Below are positions 56,698-64,000 of a DNA stretch of 64,000 nucleotides, piece by piece. The stretch is from Flectonema sp. DT1601 (lineage: Eukaryota), in contig OZ025797.1 of NCBI GenBank assembly GCA_964019425.1, positions 1,240,001 to 1,304,000 of the forward strand, read 5' to 3'. How positions within the stretch are numbered: the stretch's first letter is position 1; every line of letters starts with the position of its first letter. The notes beneath the pieces were generated by a model. The model saw nothing but the letters and a program-made list of their open reading frames with translations. It searched no databases and was not told where the DNA came from. A program made the position numbers and the translations under genes.

Positions 56698-59030
56698 AGT
56701 TTATGTTCCCGTACCGTATAATTAGTGGAATGCACACAACCCAAAAATAAAAAATAAAAGAAATTAATAATCAAATACTCATATCCGACATATGTTACTC
56801 TGTGAGCTTTTCCTGGCTTTTGGCTTCCTAGACTTCGTAAATAAATAAATAAATAAAAAATGTTAGACCACAACTAGCACAAAAGGAAACAGAGGACACC
56901 TTTTCTTGAATTTTTTTTTCTCTCTTAATGTAATCGTGTTTGTGATTACTACTAGTTGTGGGTCGTTAAATTATTCTTGGTCGTGTTCAAGTCAGCTTTT
57001 CATTCTGTGAGTTCGGCTCTGTAGTAGTTTTTATTCAGCAGTCTTGAAAAAAAAAAAAAAAAAAAAAAAATTGGGGAGAGTTGTCTACCAAAAGAGCTAT
57101 AATTTATGATGTTTGTCGTTTCGAATTTTCCCCGCCCTCTTATTTTTATTCTTTTAAAAGAAAAAAAAAAAAAAAAAAAAAAAAAAACCCATCATAGTCT
57201 CACCGCACACATGTTTCTGATGCCTGTGTGAGAACGGTTTGTACGTCTACTATTCGTATTACAACAATCCACTTTGTTGGATTATATTTATATTTACTTA
57301 AGCACTAAAAGGTGCGTTTGTATTAAAGATCCGCTTGTCGTATTTGCATTGGATCGAATGTTGTTGTTTAGCTGTTCTTTTACTTTTTCTTAAAAAAGGA
57401 TATTTAAAAAACAGTAAACCTCATCTAGTACTCATCTAATGATCCACTTATCTTATGGATTGATCTCCTCTCTGTTGCTGCTGCGATTGATTCTTTGGAG
57501 GAAAATATATAATTTTTTTTATAAAGATTCTTTTTTTGCATTTAACAAAGTATTGTAAAAATGAAAAAAGAGATGTTTTGTAGCACATGTAGACTTTCTT
57601 TTAGCTTTATCAGTTTAAGTCGGTTTACGATTTTTGTGCACAAGCACAAAAAAAAAAAAAATTCAGTATTTTCAATAAAAAGAATTGCAGTTAGCTATTT
57701 TGTATCAAGAATGAAAGAAGAAAGAAAAAAAAAAAAAAAAAAAAAAAAAAATCCATTTTTCTGGATTTAAAGTATTTGTATTCACTAAGCACAAGATTGT
57801 GTTTTTAGACGACTTTTTTTTGATTTCTTTTTGTTGTTTTGGGCTGGGGGGGAGGAAGGGATATCTTGTTAGCTGCAATTACGTTGAATGGTCTCCACAC
57901 ACACGCGCGTCTCCCTTTTCCCCTCCTGTTCATAGTCGTATACATGTTTAGTTGCCGTTATTTTATTATTATTATTATTATTATTTTTGTTGTTCTTTTC
58001 GTGCGTTTATTATTTTGTTATTATTTATTTTTGAGCAGGGGTTGGGATTTCAAAAAAAAATAAAAAAAAATAAGAATAATACTGTTTATTTCTTTCTTTT
58101 CTTCTTTCTTTTCCTAGCAGAAGTCAATGCCTTAGTATACAATTCTTGTACCTCTTCCACCCGTGTTTTCCTTCCTCCCTCCTTCTTTTTTTTTTTTGCA
58201 AACAATAGCAACACGGAGATGATCAACTGAATGTGGAAACAACAACAACAACAATAAAGTGTTGCTACCAAAAGGGTTGAAAACCATTCGGATGAGTCTA
58301 AAAAAATTATATTTAAATAGTGACTCTTAATCTGAAGTGAAAAAATAGAAATCTGTTTATTAAGGAAACAGTCATTGGCGTTACCGTAGACTGGGGGAGG
58401 AAGGGGGACACAAAGGGGAAAAAAAAAAAGAGAGAGAGAGAGAATTGGCTATGCACTTTAAATGTAATTTCGCTGAGTTGATGGCATCGTTAGCAAGTCT
58501 TATGTACTTTTTTCTTTTTTCTTTTTTTTTTGTTGTTTTGCTTTAATGTAAACAAAAAAGAAAAAGAAAAATTGTGCTGCCTACGTTCTTTTTTTTTTTA
58601 ATTCCCTTCTTCGTTCTTTTTTTTTTTTCCTATTCCTGACAACGTTTGGATTTTATTATTTTATTATTATTATTTTATTTTATTTTTTTGGTTTTAATAA
58701 AACCACAGAACGAAAAGGGAAAAAAAAAAAAAAAAGAAAGAAAGAAAGAAATAATAAAAAAAAATACTTCTTTGAGTTTTACAAATGAGTTCGCTTCCCA
58801 ATACCGAAACACCCCCACCACTCCAAGTAGGAAGGTTCACATTCAGATTCTGTATTGTGTTATTTAGTTGTTTAAGGTTCGGGTTCATCGCTTTACACTT
58901 TTTTAAAATCCTTTTTTTAATGAAACAACAGTAAACAATAAGACCGAATGATTCATCACATCGAGAACTTGTCTTCATAAATGAACAATAACTTTATTAC
59001 TCTCATAAAGTGTTCTAATCACATGCACAC

Positions 59031-60086
59031 ATGACGATATCTCTTGAGAAGGAAGCATCGATATTGGCCCCCCTTCACAAGTCATTAATCGAAGAGAAGG
59101 AAGCTCAAGCTCAAAGTAAAAAAGCGATTGAAGAAACACTTCTTCTGATAAAACCTGATGCTATTCATCATCATGGTGGAATATTAACTGTTATTGATAG
59201 AAATGGTTTCGCAATCGAAAGCACCAGTATGGTACTAACTAAAGGAATGGCACAACGTTTTGCCTATACTTATGAAACTACTGAAACCGATAGCAGTAAG
59301 ATAGAAGAATGGTATGAACAGAATGTAGATCATTTACTGTCAGGTACAGTAATGGCAGTTCTACTTTCTAGAGTCCACGCAGTGTCTGCGCTGCTTCAAT
59401 TGTTAGGACCATCCGATCCACTTATAGCAAAGAAGAAATCACCAAATTCAATTAGAGCACTTTTCGGTACTTCAGAACTCCGCAATGCTGTCAGCGCCAG
59501 TACTAATACTGACCAAGCTAGAAAAGACATCATCCTCACAATGGGATATGCTCCTACAGTTGGTTCTGATTATAGTGAAGAAGAAGGTTGTGGATCAGAC
59601 AGGGATGGTTATAATAAAATGACAACAAAGGAACTTAGAGAATTAGCAAAACAACAACTACGAGAAGTCACCGAGGAGCGGACCCGACTAGAAAATGAAA
59701 GGGAAGAAATGATCAAAAGAGAACAACGAGATATAAATTCTAAATTATATCCGAATGGAAACAGTCCTCTAAAGCTCGCGATGGGATCACTTGACGTCTT
59801 TGATAGCAGTTCAAGAATAATGAGACACTGTCAGAGTATTGACACCTCGGGTACTCCTCTCGTCCCTGAAGACCTTCGTCAAGTATTCGACTCTCTTGAT
59901 ACGACAAAGATTGGATTTATTACGAGGAAGTCTTTTAAACAACTTTATGACTCCACTCCAGCCTTTGAAAACTACGGAGTTCCAAAAGATGAAGAGACTC
60001 TAAACAAACAACTTGAACAACACAGTGAAAGGGGAATATCTTTTGATGAGTTTTGTCTTCTTTTTTACAAGTTAGCCAGAAGGTAG
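59031..60086 (+). CDS. Nucleoside diphosphate kinase-like domain + coiled coil + EF-hand-like C-terminus
   Basis: EETLLLIKPDA, LGP.DP..A....PNSIRALFG...RNAV; VFDSLDTTKIGFIT and ISFDEF. Confidence 0.85.
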   Translation: MTISLEKEASILAPLHKSLIEEKEAQAQSKKAIEETLLLIKPDAIHHHGGILTVIDRNGFAIESTSMVLTKGMAQRFAYTYETTETDSSKIEEWYEQNVDHLLSGTVMAVLLSRVHAVSALLQLLGPSDPLIAKKKSPNSIRALFGTSELRNAVSASTNTDQARKDIILTMGYAPTVGSDYSEEEGCGSDRDGYNKMTTKELRELAKQQLREVTEERTRLENEREEMIKREQRDINSKLYPNGNSPLKLAMGSLDVFDSSSRIMRHCQSIDTSGTPLVPEDLRQVFDSLDTTKIGFITRKSFKQLYDSTPAFENYGVPKDEETLNKQLEQHSERGISFDEFCLLFYKLARR

Positions 60087-60403
60087 AATAAGTGTGTCTC
60101 AAGAGTTGTTGTTGCGGTAAAATAGATTTCATACAAAACATGGAATTTGAACACTCATCGCATGTTAATAATTATAATAAAGCACCTCAGCAATTCTTCC
60201 TCTCGGGTATGCGTGTTGTTCTTCAGAATTAAAATATCTTTAATGAAGTTGGAGGGGTTTTCGGAAATTAGAGTTCCGCTTATTTATTTACACACTTATT
60301 TGGATTATTGTTTTCATAATTTATTGTTTTTTGTCGATTTCTTTGTTTTGGTGCTCTTTCTTTCACTTTAACACAAATTATTTCGTAGGTTAGTTGCACC
60401 AAG

Positions 60404-62036
60404 ATGGCGGCAAAGGGAGGCCTACTCGCACAGATCCCCGCCATGTCGACGGAAGAAGGGGCGCAGGAGGAACCAAATTTCTCTTCTGTAATTGGAGAAC
60501 GTGGAAGCTCTGCAAAGTATTGTAAGAAAAAGAAAATTGGAAGAGGAAGTTATGGAGAGGCATGGCTAGTTGAGAGAACAAGTGATGGAGCAGTCTGTGT
60601 CGCAAAAATAATGGAACTGCCTAAGATGTCAAACAGAGACATTCAATACGCATATAGTGAGATAAAATGCTTAAGTCTGATTAAACATCCGAATGTAATC
60701 AGATATTATGAAGACAAAGAAGAAGGTGATTGCCTTCTCATCATAATGGAGTTCGCTGACGGAGGAGATTTAGATCGCCAGGTAAAACAGCGAGCGGCGA
60801 ATGGTCTTCGGTACTTCCAGGAACACGAAGTCCTTTTTATGTTTTTACAACTCTGCATGGCTCTCGATAACATTCATCAAAAGAAGATGCTTCACAGAGA
60901 TATTAAGGGAGCGAATATCTTTTTAACCTCCACCGGTGTTATTAAATTAGGTGATTTTGGTTTCTCACACGAGTACGAGGAAACCGTCTCAAAAGCCGTA
61001 GCTGGAACCTTCTGTGGTACACCATATTACCTTGCTCCTGAAGTATGTATTTATTTAACTAACATTTCACTGTCTTATTCAATCACATCAAAAACAATAA
61101 AACAGCTGTGGGAGAATAAGAAGTACGGCAAGAAGGCTGACGTATGGTCACTGGGAGTACTTCTTTATGAGATGCTTGCTTTAAAGAGACCTTACACAGC
61201 TCAGAATATGAGGGGTATGTTTTGTGCACCAGAAGAGGAATTATGCGTGCGGAAAAAAGGAAAATAAAATAAAACAAAACATCAGGTCTCATGGAGAAGG
61301 TCTTGGAGGGAAAGTTCCCAGCCCCACCACCTCATTACAGTCAAGAGATGCATAATCTAGTAGCTACCATCCTACAGCGTGATGCAGACAAACGGCCTAC
61401 TGTTAGAGAGCTGTTTGAACTTCCGTACATCAGAGAGGGTCTAAGGCTGTTTTTAGAAGCCGTCGACAAGTCCCCAAAGATCGCGGCTGAAACGAAGGCC
61501 GAACTGAAGGTCCACGTTGATGACATCTTATCGACGTCACCTGCTGCGAAGGTCGATTCTCGGGATATTGCTCACGAAGGACCTGTAAAAAAGCTTGGAG
61601 GACCATTCGGTAGAAGCTGGAAGGTATTCCTTCATCAAACAAACAACACTAACAGAAATCCCATTATCAATATGCCATATATGACTATAACAAATAAACA
61701 AAACAGGATCGTTATTTGTATCTCAGAAACGGAGAACTTGTAATCTGCGAACGTAAAGAAGATCATAAGACAGGGAAACCTTTAAAAGTTGATCAAATTA
61801 AAGCCGTCTGTCCAATAGGAGCGCAGTCAGCTCAGAAAGAACACGTCTTCGGTTTAAATATTAATGGGTTGAAGGCGACGTGGTTACAGGCATCAACTCA
61901 GGTTTGTTAATAATTCTTTTTAATAGCGTTTAACACTGTTTAGTAAGAAATGTAAAAAAAAAATAATCAAACACAACTACAGCAAGAAATGGAGACCTGG
62001 ATAGAGAAAATACAGATAGCGATGGGTGTATTCTAG
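60404..62036 (+). CDS. NRK: NEK-family Ser/Thr kinase with C-terminal PH domain (trypanosomatid NRK-like); exons 60404-61042, 61106-61214, 61286-61623, 61707-61901, 61983-62036
   Basis: GRGSYG, VAK, FQEHEV, HRDIKGANIFL, KLGDFG, GTPYYLAPE, KADVWSLG; PH motifs SWK.RYL and ETWIEKI; four GT-AG introns restore one frame. Confidence 0.92.
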
Positions 62037-63449
62037 AGCTGGCAATTTCTTTTAGTGAGGGAAAAGACTCAATTTTTCCGTAGCCACCGTACGGAAACTT
62101 GTACACTAGCTTGTATGGTGGGTGTGGCGAAACCGACAGCAGAGGGATGATTCTTTTTTTCTTCTTTTTTTTTTTTTCCCCCAAGTCCCCTCTTTTTTTT
62201 GAGAAAAACCTGAAAAAAAATTAATAAAAAAAACACAAAAAAGTACCCAAAAAAAAAAAAAAAAAAAAGAGCCACCACATTACCCAAAGGATCTCACCTC
62301 CTTTCCTCTTTTCTTGTCGTTAATTCCTTCTGAGCCACAATTAAAAAATTGGGAAAACAAATAATAAATACCCCTACAAGTCCCCTTCCGGCCCATACTT
62401 ACCACCCCGTCTTGAAAAAAAAAAAACAAATGTGTGTGGCGTTAGTAATATAAAGTGGAATGCGCACAAGAAGGGAACACCAAAAAAAACAAAAGAAAAA
62501 AACGAAAAAAAAAAAAAAAAAAATAGTAATAATTCCACAGAAGTACAAGAAGTATAATTCTTTTTAATTTCCCCTTAAGTGTTCTTTCCCTCGGTGATGA
62601 TGAGAGGGCATGTTTATAGTAAATATTTAGGTTGAAAAAAAAAAAAAATAAATAAAAGGGGGAACAAAACAAACCCTTAATACCCCAGCTTTTCTGTTCA
62701 CTTTTTTCCCTTAACACTCTACACTTAACACAGCAGAGGTTTTGATTTTTTTTTTAAACAATTTTTTTGCTGCTGTTTCACAATTCTCCTTCTTCCCAAC
62801 CCTCCCGTTTCAGGTGCGAAAAAAGAACATTCTCATTACGATTTCGAAACACATAAATAAACAACAAATGCTTTATCTTCAGAGATGATGACTTACAAGT
62901 TATTAAAAATATCGACTCTTGGACATAGCTGAGAGTATGAGAGAGAAGAAGACGGGGGAGAAAGACACAAATCGTTCTCTCCTTGTGTCTTTGTCCCCAT
63001 ACAAGTTTACTTTTTGTGGCTTTTTTTTTTTAATTTTTATATCGACCTTAGTTAGTTATTCTGATGATGTTAATTATTCATCAAAATGATATTCACAAAC
63101 CAGCACTGATTTTGATCCCCCCAACAGCGATATTGGATCGTTTTGTATTATTATAGCTTTATATTATTTTTTATTTTTGGATTGGGGGAAGAGGGAGGAG
63201 GGAGAAAAAAAACAAAAAAAACAGTAAAAGATAAAAAAAAAATAGTAGTAAATAAAAAAATAACTTCACGGAATATTGTCCTCGAAGCGTCTCCTTTGGA
63301 AAAAAAAAAAAAACTAAAAAAAACAAGAGATTGTTTTTGTTTGGAGAATAAGAGAATAAAGAATAAAAATAATTAAAAAAAATATGTAGAGATTGACTTT
63401 TTCTCCAAACAGCGACTTTGGATTGAAGCGTCATACACGTTGGGAACAC

Positions 63450-63480
<31 letters not shown>

Positions 63481-64000
63481 GAGAATAGAATTCTTAATTT
63501 TATTATTTTTATTTTCGTTTTTTTTTTTTCCCCACGGAACCAACAACACTGTGCGCTCGTTCAGCGATCCCCTGCTGAGCTGAGGGGGAGTTACACGCGT
63601 ATTGGAAGAAGAAAAAAAAAAAAAAAAAACCACCCCACCCAACCCAATTTAAAAAAAGAATACCACAACGCACTTTGGAACAGGCAATCAGTAATAAATG
63701 CGGGAAAAGTTTTTTTAATAAAAAAAAAAGAAATAACTACAAATGTGATCCTACGCTCCTATGCCACTCGCATCCACTCCAACCCTCACCGTTCCCATCC
63801 TACCTTCGCATTATAAATGATCTAACGTAATGATTTAGGCATTATTAACTGAATGACAACTTTTATTCTCTCGAGGTGAAAATCTTTTTCTTCTTTTTAC
63901 AGATGTTTTGCAAGAGCTGTGTGATGTAACAATTAGTACTTTTCCAACTGTTATTTTATGTGGTCTCTCTTTCTTTTATATTATTGTAACTCATCAGGTT

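Noticed and set aside
53500..59000. Short F/K-rich ORFs in long intergenic tracts (also 11-17 kb, 62-64 kb)
   Set aside because: Derived from poly-A/poly-T runs

Overview
AT-rich eukaryotic nuclear DNA, most likely from a euglenozoan such as a diplonemid. Evidence: short GT-AG introns, a trypanosomatid-type NEK+PH (NRK) kinase, Ingi-like RNase H retroposons, and all recognisable cellular genes on the + strand. 1-4.8 kb is a nest of non-LTR retroposons, one with an 18S rRNA patch replacing part of its ORF. 5.5-23.3 kb holds ordinary genes: Kelch, Zn-finger, ARD-like cupin, SDR, membrane proteins, coiled-coil, mitochondrial ACP, and an RS/Q-rich protein. About 23.6-52.5 kb is an accessory island bounded by a ~140-bp direct repeat. 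It contains a deleted piggyBac, two highly diverged T5orf172/GIY-YIG genes in near-identical flanks, and a scrambled modular repeat array with 12 copies of a core. It also holds a coiled-coil+HNH nuclease gene, gene fragments, a 1.47-kb pyrimidine satellite and a broken ZNFX1-like helicase-AAA gene. 52.9-62 kb carries an acylated FKBP, an NDK-like/EF-hand protein and the NRK kinase. The best candidate for a new system is the nuclease/helicase conflict island with its rapidly diversifying T5orf172 paralogs. All calls are from motif recognition by eye; no searches were run.
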